A stretch of DNA of 64,000 bases, taken from Takakia lepidozioides. Lineage: Eukaryota; Plantae; Bryophyta. The translations under genes were made by a program, and so were the position numbers. The first letter of the stretch is position 1, and each line of letters begins with the position of its first letter. Positions 1 to 13,683 of this stretch are shown one piece after another. The stretch is taken from positions 56,544,001 through 56,608,000 of the forward strand of contig CM060733.1 in NCBI GenBank assembly GCA_030704615.1. The letters run 5' to 3'. Below the pieces are notes generated by a model. It did not search any database, had not been told where the DNA came from, and saw nothing but the letters and a program-made list of their open reading frames with translations.

Positions 1-672
1 CGTGCAGCCATGCGTATCTCGGCCCTTTGTGAGGCCGGTGTGATCTACGTTATGACCCATGACTCGATTGGCCTGGGAGAGGATGGGCCCACCCATCAAC
101 CCATTGAGCATTTGGCCAGCTTTCGGGCAATGCCCAACATCTTGGTGTTGCGACCTGCTGATGGCAACGAGACCTCGGGTGCATACAAGGTGGCCGTTCT
201 CAACCGCAAGAGGCCCTCAGTGTTGGCTTTGTCTAGACAAAAACTGCCCAATCTACCTGGAACATCAATTGAGGGAGTGAAGAAGGGCGGCTACATCATC
301 ACTGACGATTCATCAGACAACAAACCAGACCTCATCCTCATTGGAACAGGCTCTGAGCTTGAGATCGCTTTCAAAGCCGCAGACGTGATTCGGAAGGAAG
401 GCAGGACAGTACGCGTGGTCTCCCTAGTGTCGTGGGAGCTTTTTGAGGAGCAGAATGGTGAGTATAAGGAAAGCGTGTTCCCAGCAGGAGTGAAAGCTCG
501 TGTGAGTATTGAGGCAGGGTCCACATTTGGGTGGGAGCGATATGTGGGACTGGAAGGGAAGGCTATTGGCGTTGATCATTTTGGTGCCAGTGCACCTGCC
601 AGCGTCCTGTATCAGCAGTTTGGGCTCACAGTTGATAATGTAGTTGAGAATGCCAAACAAGTTCTAGCTTAG
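1..672 (+). CDS. TKL: Transketolase, C-terminal part (5' partial; gene begins before the window)
   Basis: Contains the signature [19 protein letters not shown] and [17 protein letters not shown]...FGASAP; the frame is open from base 1 to TAG at 670-672. Confidence 0.96.
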   Translation, partial: RAAMRISALCEAGVIYVMTHDSIGLGEDGPTHQPIEHLASFRAMPNILVLRPADGNETSGAYKVAVLNRKRPSVLALSRQKLPNLPGTSIEGVKKGGYIITDDSSDNKPDLILIGTGSELEIAFKAADVIRKEGRTVRVVSLVSWELFEEQNGEYKESVFPAGVKARVSIEAGSTFGWERYVGLEGKAIGVDHFGASAPASVLYQQFGLTVDNVVENAKQVLA

Positions 673-1851
673 ATTTTATGCATATGTCAATCAACCCTCA
701 TCATGAAGCAGAGTCAGAGAGATTGTTGATCTGATACTTGTATCATCTTTGTCAAGTCAACCAACTTGAGAGCTGGCTACAGCATCCAAAACTTACCCAT
801 GCAACTGTTTTGCCCATGGATTTGCTCTGCTTGATTGGTCTTTCGAATTATGCATCAATAACTGGAATGGAACCATTCAGGGCAGAGAATCAGAAACCTC
901 AGAATAACTCTCTGAGGAACAGTCCACAACCCTGACTTGGCTTCCAAATCCTTTCCTGAACAAGATGCAAAAGCCCTTCAACCAGAAGAAGGCACAGGAC
1001 AGTGACAGTTGAGCAACTTGTGTCTACACTTGCTGGAGCCTTGGTGACAATTGGCAGCACCTTCATACTGTTTTAAGAGTCTGGAAAAGTATCCAATACT
1101 AGCTGGAACAACTGGGCACCAAAGAACTTGTTAAGTGTAAGACTGGAGATCAACGAAGAAAGACTGTCACTACCCCCAAAAAGTTTTTAAAGTGAATGCC
1201 AGAATCGTATCAAGCGGTTGACGGTGAGGGAAACAGAGCTTACAGTTGGAAACCATAAAAGCCAACCTACTCATTGTACCTCACATCTTACCTTCTGAGA
1301 CATGTGAAAGATGGATCCTAAAAAACATGAAGACACCGTCACGCTGCCCTTTCAGCAATCGGTCAGTCAAACCTACGAACATCAACGAGTCAAAAGAGGT
1401 GGTGCAGTGACTTAACAACAGAACATACACTATACGTAATACACTATGCAACCTGTGCCTAGCTGCAGAGCCGGTCGGTTCACAAAGAGAGGTGTTCTGA
1501 AAGAGTTCCACATACTGTTTTGCTCTCAACTGGAGGCCAAGAAACACACTTCTTTTCCCTGTTAAAGACCGTAATTGAAGAGTCAAACCTCATTTGACAT
1601 GCTCTGGAACCTCATCTGTGAAGTTAAAGTGGGAAAATGTGAACATTCACAAACACAACCTTGCTGCAAAGGGCAAGGTGCAAACCTAATTTTGAACTGT
1701 AATAAACCTTGAGGGATAATTGTACAGTCTCCCGGTGATGGTGTGCCAAAACAATCCTCCAAAAGAGATAGCATATGCAGTACTTCATGTCCTACATTGC
1801 AGTTCTCCTTGTCCTGTCCCCGCAAGCTTGACCCACAAGATTGGGTCAACT

Positions 1852-3171
1852 TCATACTGAAATTCTGATATTTGGTGAAAAGGAAAACCTAGTTTCAAAA
1901 ATGTCCTTCATGTCATAGAAGTTGCCTTTGATAGGCCTCTCCCATACTCCACTAGAAATATCATACACTGCCACTCGCATATCATATGCATAAGTGACCA
2001 CATAGATCCGCATACCATCAGCACCACTGCCGTATATTGCCCCCGTGGCCTGAAGAAAGTCTCTGTCTTGATACTGAGCTATTTCGATCCACTTGAGGGT
2101 GTTTGGCTCCAGCTCGAAGATTCCAACACTTGCAAGAGGTAAAATCCCACCTTCCAGGTGACCACCCACCATATAAATACGATCCCCACAAGCTACAACA
2201 TAAGGGTAGTTCTCAAAACCTTCAGGGAGGGGAAGAGGAGTTTCACTCCATACTCTCCTATGAACATTGAATAGCACAACTCTATATGAGCCAGTGGTCG
2301 AGTTACGAGCCACACAGTACAACCACCCTTTGCAATATGCACCAATCTTCAGAGCAAAGTCAGGGGGTAATTTGCCAGCCACCTTCCACGAGTTTGAGGC
2401 TGAGTCATAGACTTCAGTGCTCCTGTAACCATCCTCAGATTCCTTGTAGTTTGCATTGCCTGCAAGAATGATGGTGTATGAATTTGTCAGTTCATCCACC
2501 AACATGTGGGTTACGACTGGGGTGCTTGAATTCCAACTCAATGGAGGTAGCTCCTTCCACCGTTGCGTCATAGGGTTGCATACGAGGATGCGACGTTGCG
2601 TCATAGATACTAGGATACGACGGACTTCCAATGCTCCGAAACACAAAAGCCCCCCATGTGCTGCTATCAAATTCCAGGCCCAATTTCTGGCCGCGGTAGG
2701 AAAAGAGAGAGAGGGCATGCCAATCCATTTCTCATCTACGAGATCATATGTCGACCACACCAGAGAGGATGTGGCACCCTTCCAGCCGAGACGAGGCGAA
2801 TAGTAGCGACCCCAGGATATTGGAGACTCCGCCGAAAACTTCTTGAATTGGTTGCAGTGGATCAAAGAATCCCACCTCCTACATACGCTGCGAACTCGAT
2901 AGACGTAAGGGAAAGGAAGATATGAAACCACACGCTCCAGTAAGTCAGATGGCAGGGTACCCCACAAGGAGGTCTCTACAGGCAAAGGCCTGGAGATGAC
3001 ATCCAGCCTGCCCATGGCTGTCTCAGAACTCTCGATACATGCACAGTCCCCTGGACTGATCACAGCACACTCATCATCCACACTCGTTGCAGCTGGTGTA
3101 CTGCAGAGAGGCTTCATATCTTCCCCCCGACATTCGTCGATGTGGTATCCCTCACTCGATGCGGCTTCCAT
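1852..3171 (-). CDS. F-box/kelch-repeat protein
   Basis: F-box LPSDLLERVVSYLP...RSVCRRW is followed by kelch-like blades (HGGLLC, VCNPMTQRWKELPP, TEVYDSASNSW, IYMVGG); intact 439-aa ORF. Confidence 0.9.
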   Translation of the reverse strand: MEAASSEGYHIDECRGEDMKPLCSTPAATSVDDECAVISPGDCACIESSETAMGRLDVISRPLPVETSLWGTLPSDLLERVVSYLPFPYVYRVRSVCRRWDSLIHCNQFKKFSAESPISWGRYYSPRLGWKGATSSLVWSTYDLVDEKWIGMPSLSFPTAARNWAWNLIAAHGGLLCFGALEVRRILVSMTQRRILVCNPMTQRWKELPPLSWNSSTPVVTHMLVDELTNSYTIILAGNANYKESEDGYRSTEVYDSASNSWKVAGKLPPDFALKIGAYCKGWLYCVARNSTTGSYRVVLFNVHRRVWSETPLPLPEGFENYPYVVACGDRIYMVGGHLEGGILPLASVGIFELEPNTLKWIEIAQYQDRDFLQATGAIYGSGADGMRIYVVTYAYDMRVAVYDISSGVWERPIKGNFYDMKDIFETRFSFSPNIRISV

Positions 3172-4359
3172 GATCCGTCTACAAATCTGCCATACGGTAA
3201 TCGATCCACAGATGCAGTACTAAGCAGGATGCCAACGAGGGTGATTGTAGCTATTGATAGGACACATTCACAGCTACACTGCTCAAAAATCGCTCTACAC
3301 AGAAATCCCCTCGCTGCCGCATTCATTGGCAGGCACACTCATACATGTCCATGGCACAGTCAAAGCTCGTTTTGTGATGCACTCCCATTTTCCCACATCC
3401 CAAATCCTTGATGACGGACGACAACAAAATGCCTAAAACCCACGCATTGTAAGGCTGCTTTCTACAGTCATGACACCCAACACGAGATGAAATGAAAAGC
3501 AAAGGGGCTCACCACCACCTTCTCCTCGCGCTCTCAACCCTACTCGCCCATCCCTGAAAAAGGACTGCAATGATGATGTTCAGGAGACGAGATCCGCAAC
3601 CCCTTCAACAAGCTCTCAGACACAGACGAGCACAGACTGAAGCAAGCCCAGAATCCTAAACGCCCCAACTCGATCGCTCCCAGTAGCAAGAACTAACCGC
3701 AAGCGAGATTAGACCTCAAAACGCTCGCAACCTGGGCAATTCAGCCATGAATGCATCCCACTGCGAGATCCACAGAGGAGCAGACACGTTTGCGAGATTT
3801 GAGTAAGACTCCGAGTACTTGTAGTCCTGGCCAACCAAGCTGCAGTGCGAGTGGATAAATATAGAAACCATACAAGCTTGTCAGCGCAAACAACTCCCTC
3901 CTCTACCTCACCGTCCTAAGACTTATAAGCTCACCAAAAGCTTCCACATCTCCCGCACCACATCCCCAGCACTTCCGCTGACTGTGAAACACATCCACGT
4001 GAGAGCCCTCAGACCTCCGTCAGCCCCACATCAGCCTCAACCCTAAAAGGTATTCTCTCTCTCCTCTCCTGGCCCCATTCGCATCATGTCGAGTGCTGCA
4101 GTGCACACGAAGCACGATGGTGGCTGCATGTTTCTTCAGACTCTGCGATCGTCACTCTGCCGCCATGCTTCTCTTACAATTCTTCTGTTTTGCTCTGCAA
4201 GATTGCCCGTCCAGGATGTGCCCTACTTCCCTCCCTTTCTCATTCCTTCTCAACAATCTGCACGACCACACTCCATCCGGACTGCCATTTTGTACCTAAG
4301 TATTGCAGTGGATTTTTTTCGGATTTTGCTTGCTGCTTTCTCAAGAATTCCAAGAATCT

Positions 4360-4455
4360 TTAGTAGGAACCATACCACACCCGTCAGTAGCAAGATTTGA
4401 CCCCAGACACATCTGGGTGGCACTCAGTGCACTTAACCAACTGAGCTACTGACTG
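4360..4455 (-). mobile_element. tRNA-derived SINE-like head
   Basis: The minus strand has A box TAGCTCAGTTGG and B box-like GGGTCAAATC, with GTCAGTAGC/GCTACTGAC acceptor-like stem ends. An internally deleted copy is at 5043-5097. Confidence 0.6.
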
Positions 4456-5904
4456 TTGGTTCTTTTTTTTGAGAAACAGGGACAGAGGCACTGGAATTGC
4501 ATTAAAAAAAAAGGGAACATGGAACATGATAGGAAAATCAAACCAGTACTTGGAGTACATCATGTTTTTACTACAAAGATTTTCATGTCCCCTTTAATTA
4601 ACGACCCGATGCGAATGGACAGTCCCTAAACCCTAATACATCTTTCTCCTCTCTCTATCGAGGGGCCTGATTTGTGAGCTGTCGATCCCAAGTGTTGCCC
4701 TTTCTTTATATTTGTAAGAAAACAAAATACATCTAAAGCCTTTCAATATTTTCTTATTTTTATTGTTATTTTTATTTTTATTTTCACATACCTTACAATT
4801 ATCGAACAATGGTGATAAATGTACACACCTCTTCATCCCATTGCTATTGTACCATGTTCCTGCCTCCCGATTGGTCGCTTCCACTGTCTCCATTTCCTTT
4901 ACCTTCGAATTTCCCCCCAACTGCTGTTGGTTACCTTTTTCTTTTTTTCTAAAGGGAAATTACGAAATTACCTGGGAGCGACAGCTCACAAATCAGGGCC
5001 CTTAATTATAGTGAGAGGAGAAAATAACCTCGTCGTGAAGGCGTACCACACCACAGGTAGCAGGAATTGACCCCAGAATCATCTGAGCTACTGACTGTGG
5101 TGGTTACTTTACCTCTATGGAAGATTCATGCAATTATATATGCAATTATAGGAAGGAAAATTTGGCGGGTCAGCAACTGAAAAGTCCACCACACACGCAA
5201 GTCAGGCGGACGGATTTGGAATTTCCTGGCAGACATCACTATTTTGAGTCTACATGATCCAGACCGTCCAGGACCCATAGATGGACGGTGTACAGAAAGC
5301 CCTAAGTCTCGGATTGACATAATATTTTATTGTCATTCGGAGAGCCGACGCAGTTGACTGTATCAAACCTGCGGGGAATCCTAAGGCAAGACTTCTGAGG
5401 ATTTGACCACGGCACCGACTGCCACATCAGGACTCTCGTAGCTTCTGGAAGCTGAGTGTTAGTACCGCACGGCGGTGCAGTAGCGCCATCCCCTCCTATA
5501 TAGCGGTGCCTCCAGTTTGGCGGTACTCCCCGTATAGATGAATGACACATTAAAAGAAAAGTCAATTGTAGAATAAAGTTATTTTGGCGTCAAAGACAAT
5601 AAATCCGGACGGATGAATCCTATATATAGGGGTACTGGCTAAGTTGAGGCCGGATAATGGCGAGCTAATACTGGCGAGAGGAAAACCGTGTCAGGAGTCA
5701 GAAGTCAGAACCGCGGCGAAACCTGGCACGAGTTTTCGCCAGCCGCCGCGACCTTGTATAGGCAATTTCCGAGATTTGTTTGTTGTTGTTGGTCTGACTT
5801 GACAGTTCATTGCTGCCCTTGCCAATTGCTTGGGCTTGCGAATGCCAGTTGTTACTCATATCTATTAGGATTTATAACCTCATAAACAGAAAGTTGCTGT
5901 GAAA

Positions 5905-5976
5905 GTGGCTGTAGTTTAGTGGTAAGAATTCCACGTTGTGGCCGTGGAGACCTGGGCTCGAATCCCAGCAGCCACA
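5905..5976 (+). tRNA. trnH-GTG: tRNA-His (GTG), plant cytosolic type
   Basis: GTGGCTG...CAGCCAC acceptor stem, anticodon arm CCACG-TTGTGGC-CGTGG, T arm CTGGGCTCGAATCCCAG; TTTT terminator at 5992-5995. Confidence 0.95.
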
Positions 5977-7004
5977 TCCTCAAGTGGTTTATTTTGTTCA
6001 ACTCGTGTATGGATTTTAATTAAATCATCTGCTATTAATCCGGCTGCTTATCTACAGATTGAAATATTTTTGACACATGAACCTGGACACAGACCAGACC
6101 AGTCTACTTGCACTGGCTGCTTGCGGAGCTCTGAAACCCTGGAGCGGTCTATGTCTATGGTGCTGCAATTTCTATCAATCCCCCTCCTTCCTTGATGTTG
6201 CTTAACGTCCTCCCTGGATAGACAATGCTCATATGCCCAATATGGGCATGTCTTAGAGCGCATACTTTATGGTGTATTTGGAAAGACATGTGTTCGTGGA
6301 TTTATGAGGGGAAATCCCCCAATATCATATCAATTCTATTTTATATAGTGATCTGATGATTGAGGGGGGCGTAAAGCTTGGGTCTCTCATAGCTTCGGAA
6401 CAACGTGGGAGGCAGCTTTACGAGGATTTCGATCTCTCATGGGGCAAGGGCAACTTGCTCGGCACCCGTCTTTCCGACACAAGCTTCTGCTGGAAAGATT
6501 CAATCCCCACGCAATGGGTAGTCCCATGGTGATGGAGATGAAGGCGACTATAATTGGAGATCCACAAGAGAGCTCGGGACAACAAGCTCTCTTCTTATGC
6601 TTCCAGTTCTCCTCGTCCTATACTCCACATGGTTCTCTATTTTGCAAGATTATCAAAGCTACATCAGCTGGATCTAAATAAGACAATTCTTGCCTTATTT
6701 CAAATTTTCATATCCGATGGTTAGGTTCTTAAGAACCTTCATTGAAGCCAATACTTGCTTAACACTTGAATGAAGAAGCATCCAAGTTCCCCTAAAGTTT
6801 TGGACCATCCTCCAATACGCAGAGCATATCCAAATTTGGGGAACTTATTTCTCCTAGCTGTTCATTTAATTAGCAAGAGGAATCAAAACTTTACAGAGAA
6901 ATTTTAGTTTTAGATAACTTAATGGCTCCCTCGTGTGCCCTGGTAAGTACCCCTTGCACTTGGCTTCAAAGCCCTGTTGAGGATATTTCTCCTCGTGTAC
7001 TATA

Positions 7005-7505
7005 TTTTTTTTATGTTTTTTTTTTTTATGTTTTTTTAAAGGGATGAGAGGACCAGAAAATTTATTAAAAAGGGAAAAAAATTAAACCCTTACAATTGCC
7101 ATGAGGCTTAACACACGGGACCGTGTTGGAGATTCCAACGATCAGTGAACAGGGTAGAAAATAGACCTGACTACGCATGCAGCCCTGGTAGACCCATCTA
7201 TTATTGGTTGCAAGAATTGCCCATAGTGCAGAGAGCTAATTTGGGATTAGTTCATAGCAGTGAAAAACTCCATGAAAGAGAGGTGCCTATTGTAGAGGGA
7301 ACCGAACGGAACGACAAACAGTAAGAGCACAGGCCAGAACGTCCAAGGAGCGAAACTCTGAAGATGTCTATCTGAGGAAGATCAACTTAGATTTAGATCC
7401 CCTCTTTATGTGCTTCCAGTTAATATCTCTCGAGTCCAGATCAGGGGAGGCTGAAGACGGTGCCCCATCGGTGTTTCCAAAGTTCAGGTATGGAGTTTGC
7501 CCATG
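7005..7505 (-). mobile_element. L1-like LINE 3' end (last ORF2 codons, 3' UTR, poly(A) tail)
   Basis: The minus strand ends AATAAATTTTCTGGTCCTCTCATCCCTTT followed by an A-rich tail (7005-7037). It appears to continue the ORF2 fragment at 19760-20040 across an inversion junction. Confidence 0.6.
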
Positions 7506-8454
7506 TACAACGGCCAAGCTTTTCCTCAAGCATGTCTACAGAATCCATGACTTGCCATCAAATATTGTGTCTGATCGGGGACCTCAATTCATGTCAAGTT
7601 TTTGGAAGGGACTATTTGAAGTTCTACGGGTACAAATCAACCTCTCTTCAACCAATCATCCTCAAACAGATGGACAAATCGAGAGGGTAAATCAAGTTAC
7701 TATTGGAACAATACCTTTGTTGTACAATTAACTATCATCAGGATGATTGGGTAGACCTCTTGCCTCTGGCCGAGTTTGCGTATAACAACATATATCATGC
7801 ATTGCTTGGACACACGCCTTTCTTTGCAAATTATGGGCGACACCCGAGGTTCGATACTCTCGCGTTCGGAAAAACAAACAACCCTGCTGCTGTAAGTCTT
7901 GCAGAACGATTGATTAACATTCAGACTTAGGACCTCAAAAAACGATTGAAAGAGGCCAAGACCGTTATAAAGATCTAGCTGACCGTCACCGCGCACCACA
8001 CCCAGCCTATAAAATTGGAGATCGCGTCTGGTTACTTCGTCGAGATTTACAATCAAGATGGCCTTCAAAGAAACTGGATTATCGACGACTCGAGCTATTC
8101 ACCGTCATTGCCCAGGTAAATCCAGTTGCTTTTCGGCTACAACTCCCAAGCTCTATGAAAGTCCATCCAGTATTTCATGTATTGATTCTTGAACCATTTT
8201 ATGAATCTATCATTCTTGGAAGACATGTTCAACCACCTCCACCAATCGAGATTGATGGCGAAGAAGAATTTGAGGTCGAAGCAATCCTAGACTCTCGACT
8301 ATGTCATGGACGCTTGGAATATTTGGTCCATTGGCGTGGGTATCATGTCAGTGAACGAACGTTGGAACCATCATCCAATATCACTAATGCATCCCAGAAA
8401 GTTCAAGAATTCCATCACCGACACCCCTATAAACCTCGAGCCACGCGTCGATGA
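7506..8454 (+). mobile_element. Ty3/gypsy chromovirus 3' half: integrase core, GPY/F region and chromodomain (frameshifted)
   Basis: IVSDRGPQFMS, HPQTDGQIERVNQ, LPLAEFAYNN, VHPVFHV and chromodomain EFEVEAILDSR...YLVHWRGY. Confidence 0.92.
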
Positions 8455-10412
8455 ATTATTAGACCGTCCAACATTAATAGCCGTCAAAACTTGAAGATGA
8501 AGCCACCGCCTTTGGCGCATAATAAGAAGGAGAGAGCACCAAACAAATAGACATCTTGAGGTGGTGGAGTTGTCACTAACAGACATTACCATGGCATCAC
8601 AAGAACCAGAAGAACTTTCATTTGCTCAACTAGATTAATGGTGTTACGCATCAGTAGCAACGTCAGAATATGTTATGGAGATGCAAGCACAAACAGAAGA
8701 AGATGATAATGTTGTTCCAATTGGTGAAAGTGAGACTCAAAACGATAGTATTGCGAATGATCATAATACACTGATAGAGTCAGATCCAGATTACATTCCA
8801 GCTGGCGTTGAAGGGGCCAATCCATTTGGTGAAAGAACAGAGATGAACCTTGTGGATGGATTTCATTATACTACGAATGGACGACGGTTTTGACAAGACC
8901 TACATCTTCCAGTTACTGAATCGGAGGTGGAACGTTATGGCACACAAGCAGGGATGCGATGGATACAAACGGTACATGACCAACTTACATTAATACATGA
9001 GCCGTTTTAAGTCCTCATGAATGTTACTCCTCATCCATGTCATACATCTGTTTGGGAAGTGGGGATTGTTACCCTTGATCAACCAATATCCAGCGGTTCA
9101 CATTTATCATTGTTTTCCCATTAGCTCCCTTTCCCGTGCTATGTTGAGATCGGGGAGAGGTTCCCATGCTTGAAATAGCGAGTTGTCGCGTTGTTCTGAG
9201 AGTCGTCTGCTGGCGAGATCCTCCAGCAAGATAAGCATATTTTCCTGCATTTGCTAGTCAAATTAACGTATGTGACGTGCAGTCTGCATTGTCTTCTGAG
9301 CAATGCCGACAGATGATCCATCAATTTCTGGGGGTCGCCCCAAAACAATAAAAACCCTCCGACTTCCTTGAAGACAGCTAGAGGATCCGATGTAGGGATG
9401 ATGGCAAGATAATTGAAGTACTTCGATCATTTGTCCGGCCATGACTAGATTCACTATGTCTGATCATGTTGATGCTTTCAAGATTATGCATGAAATGGCC
9501 CAGAACTCTCTACGTACGCATATTCCGTGAAATCCTAGGTAGGCCTCATGCTAACTACTTTGAGAATCCTCATCCATGACGATGTACCGTGATATTAATG
9601 AAGCCGTCACAAAAAAGACACATGTCCATTTTATGTTTGCACACGCCAACAACCCAAAACAGCCGCGTAAAGGAACAGCTGTCCCAATTAGGTTACGCCA
9701 TTTTCACTGAAAACATACATTCATGTATCGGACACACAAGAGGGAATCCGACGGTTCCAGGGACACTCCCAAAACGACGGAACCGCGTAAGAAAGCGAGT
9801 TTGTTCATCTTTCTTGTTTCTGCACGCAGAGGAAGAGAGGTAGTCAAGCTGGAGAGGGTTCCTTGTTCGGTTCGGAAGAGAAGGAAGTCATTGTATTTTA
9901 CATCGCTTAGAGAGAGGCTGAGATCAAGAGTGTAAATGACGAGGCGTCGCATACAAGATGGTGCAGCGCTTAGGCAACATGTGAACTTGGAGACATGTCA
10001 AGCAGAAGAGCATGTGGGAAGTGAGAGTGAGGTCGCCGCAGTCGTAGCGACGGCTGGAGCAGTGAGCGTAGGTAACCAGACAGTGCCAGCCGAGTTCATG
10101 CCCGAAGACAAGAGAACAGGGGGAGGAGCAGAGGACGCCATACAGGGAGGAAGTCTCCAAACCCTACATCATACAGAATTGGTGAGCACTCCATATCCAC
10201 ATACTACTGTTTTCATTAGTCTTGATGTTTTCCCTTCCATGTGGGATTCAATAACATGTATCTTGTGTTCAGACCGATGAAAAATGGAAGAGGAAAGCAG
10301 AAGAGGGCGATCCGAGCGATGCAGCCATGAAGCCGAAGAAGGCGAAGGGATCCGTAAGTTGTCTCACACGCACTTCTTTTTCTTTACTGATGGTCCCCAG
10401 ATGTGAGAAAAA

Positions 10413-11515
10413 CGATGATCGGTGGCGATCATCGCTTTACATAATAATATAGTTGGTGTTGTAGTTCAGCAGATTCTGGAAGGCAGGCAGGCAGGAAAAT
10501 ATACGTTTCACGGCGAAAGTGATGATCGGTGCCGACCATCACCTTCGCCATTGCTTTATTTAAGCATAGAATGCCAATTTCATGGTGATGCAAGAGTGTC
10601 AGGGAACTTAAGTCGCATCTTGCAATGACGTAGAAGCTATGATCGGTAGCGATCATCGCTTTAAGGTCCATTCCCTTCTTGTTCAAACCAGTTTGGAAAT
10701 GGCGTGGTCGTTCAGGAAAGTGATGATCGGTGCCGACCATCACATTCAGACCTCATGGTTTGTGCATCCCACGGCAGTTACATTGTGATGGTCGGTACAG
10801 ATCATCACTTTCTGTAATGACTGGATATTACCCCAAAATCCAAAATCGCAATGCAACCCTTTGTAGAATGAAATGCTTTAGGTTGAAAAATGTTCATCCC
10901 ACTTCTTCAGATCTGGAATTGCAGTAACAGAAAAGCGAGCTTCCAAGTCCATTTCTTTGCTCTAAATCTCATACAATGAAATGCAAAATTCTGTTGGAAA
11001 GTGATGGTCGGTGCCGACCATCACATTCAGACCTCATGGATTGTGCTTCCCAAGGTAGTCTGATTGTGATGATCGGTACCGATCATCACTTTTTGAACTA
11101 ATTGGGCACTACACCAGAATCCAAAAGAGGGGACCAACCCTTTGCATACTGTAAAGTTTTAGGATGTAAGAGGTCTAGATAATTCATAGGAGAAATCGCA
11201 GTGACACAAAAGCGATGATCTGTGGCTGTCATCGCTTCCAGGTCCATTCCTTCGCTAAAAAGCTCAGTGAGTGAAAGAAGGGATTCTATAAAAGAGTGAT
11301 GATCGGTGCCGACCATCACATTCAGACCTCATGGGTGTGTGCATCCCAGTGCTGTCTTCTTGTGATGATCGGTACCGATCATCGCTTGCATCATCCTGAT
11401 GGTCGGCACCAATCATCGCAGTCTAGTGAGAACTGAGTCAACGTGCATTGGGAAACCAACTAAATTTTCCATTCATTTGTTAGAAGGCAAAGTGATGGTC
11501 GGTACCGATCATCAC
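10413..11515. repeat. Intronic array of 12 copies of the 24-bp palindrome GTGATGATCGGTACCGATCATCAC, partly within ~280-295-bp tandem units
   Basis: Copies start at about 10413, 10519, 10636, 10720, 10785, 11001, 11066 (perfect), 11212, 11296, 11362, 11396 and 11492; the higher-order unit recurs at 10720, 11001 and 11296. Confidence 0.93.
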
Positions 11516-13427
11516 TGTTTAAAAATGTATGTTTCCAGAACACCAGTTGAATGTTGCTCTTGTGGGTCTTGGGTATGCAGAAAAATGTAAAGTCTAAGCA
11601 GAGAGAAACAGAAGCAAAGGGCTCTGGAGAAGGGGACGACTCCACGAAGAGTTCTGAGTGCAGCGAAGACACAGACGAGCCTGAATTGCAATACCTTGAC
11701 AAGGTGAAAGAACTTATGTCATATCAAAAGATAAATTCCCAGGAGGTTATTAGGGACATAATCGTCTTTGAAGGACGTCTTGAAATCCCTCTCTGCCGGA
11801 TGATCTCCATGCCTGTTGTTCGTCCTCCGCTTTCGCATGACATTACCAAGTTGGAAACAGATTTCGTGCACGGGTACAGAATGGGTGCACAAGTTTTCTA
11901 CGTATACAAATGGTAACAACACAAAAGTGAGCCCAGAGATAACGGACAACTGGGATGATTGCTGGAAGGATGTGAATGACGAGTTCGAGGACTCCCTGCT
12001 ACTTGGACATAACACCCAGCAGTTCTGCAACCACATATTCTATGTCTGGGACGGGAACCAGCGTTTGCTAGCTTGGATGGGGTACATTGCGAAACACCAT
12101 TCAAAAGACAAAGACAAGCATTGTGCAATGGAGGCAATGGTTTTGGATCCTGGGAACGACATCGCGAGACTTCTGACAGCTATGCATGACGTGAACAAGT
12201 AGGACATCCTAAAAATCCCATTGCCTTTCAAATTGCATGTTGTGCACATTTCAAGTCCAATCGTAAAATATTTCTTACCTATGCAATGTGTATTCCCTGT
12301 TTGCAGATCGACAGAGAAATCACATGTTACTACGAGCTTGGTCCACACACTTTTCCGTATTCAGAGAATTGGTTTGATGAAGCTTGATGAGTTCCGCACA
12401 GTGCTAAATCCTGATGTAATCAAGAAGTGCGAAACATGAAGGGTTGCAGGGACCTGGTACTCGTTGACCCGAGAAGCATTTCTGGAGTACATGTATGCGG
12501 TATGGCCCAACCCACATCTTCCTGTCTTCTTCAAAACAAATTTGTAATCCTCTGTGTTCTAATCCAATCGTTGTTACATGCAGCAAGAACTAGCAGAGGC
12601 CGCTGAGACGGGGAAATTTGAGTACTACCGCACTACTGTAGAAGAGCTGAGGACTGCTAAAGGTGTTGGGGCAGCCATAAAGAAGGAGTACGAGATAAGG
12701 AGGACGAAGCTGATGTTCGCCTTCCTGAAGCAATTGAGAATAGTGGATCTCGGACTTGGGGAGGAGTTCCTTCTCCAAATCAAAGCCCACTACGAAAGCA
12801 TGTACATCCAGAGATGCAACAGGAGAAATTGCACAGGCTGGCTCTCTCCATGGCCGACCCCCAGACAAAAGTTAGATGGCTTGAGATTTGAAACTCGGAT
12901 CAAACGGTGAAGGATCTGAATCAGTTCCCAAAAAGCACAATCCAGCCTGGCACAAAGGTCGAGGGAATAAGTGACATTGTTTTTTATCAGTGGCTTCACA
13001 AGGCCACATTTTGGAGTCAGGTATTTGTGGATTCAAGTGCCTATTGTATATGAATTATCCTATGGCTTTGTCGTGCGCAATTCTGATAGATGTTCCCTTT
13101 GCAGCTGGAGAAACGCGCCATTCTTGTCCTGGAGCAGAATTTGAAGGACTTGAATATTTCGATGGTCTCACCACCATAGATGACCTTGGAGGCGTACATT
13201 AGAAAGTGGAAAGGTCTCACGTGGCGGTACTGTTTCTTCCGCGAGTTCTCCAAGGATGGTAACATATTGAGGTCAAACAATTTCGACAGTCAAGTTGGAG
13301 GGGAGTGGGCGATGATGCGTGTTGTGTACAGGTGCAGTACCTCAAGCCTATCCATCACATTCTTTGAAATTTTGTCATGCCTTATTGAGAAAAGCTTAAT
13401 ATTTTTTTTCTGCTACAAAGCAGTTTG

Positions 13428-13683
13428 GTGATGGTCGGTACCGATCATCACTTCCACTACTCTGATCTTCTCCCGTCAAATGAATGAATACTGCAGATCA
13501 TGTCCATGTTTCCATTCTTAATCCTACCTCTATTAACATAGGCAGTTTGTTTCTGATGAATGAAGTGATGATCGGTGCTGATCATCAGATTTCCCAGTTG
13601 TACAGTGTAGATAATCATAAGGATTTGCCAACCCATGTTGCATTCTCTCTCATGTGAAAGTGATGATCGCCACCGATCATCAC
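13428..13683. repeat. Three further copies of the 24-bp palindrome in intron 13332-13738
   Basis: Copies at 13428-13451, 13565-13588 and 13660-13683. Confidence 0.9.

Noticed and set aside
4381-4455. Functional tRNA gene
   Set aside because: It has no canonical anticodon or T-loop, and a deleted second copy nearby points to a SINE.
10413-11515. CRISPR-like array of palindromic repeats
   Set aside because: Spacing is irregular, the spacers are themselves repeated, the copies lie in spliceosomal introns and no cas genes are present.
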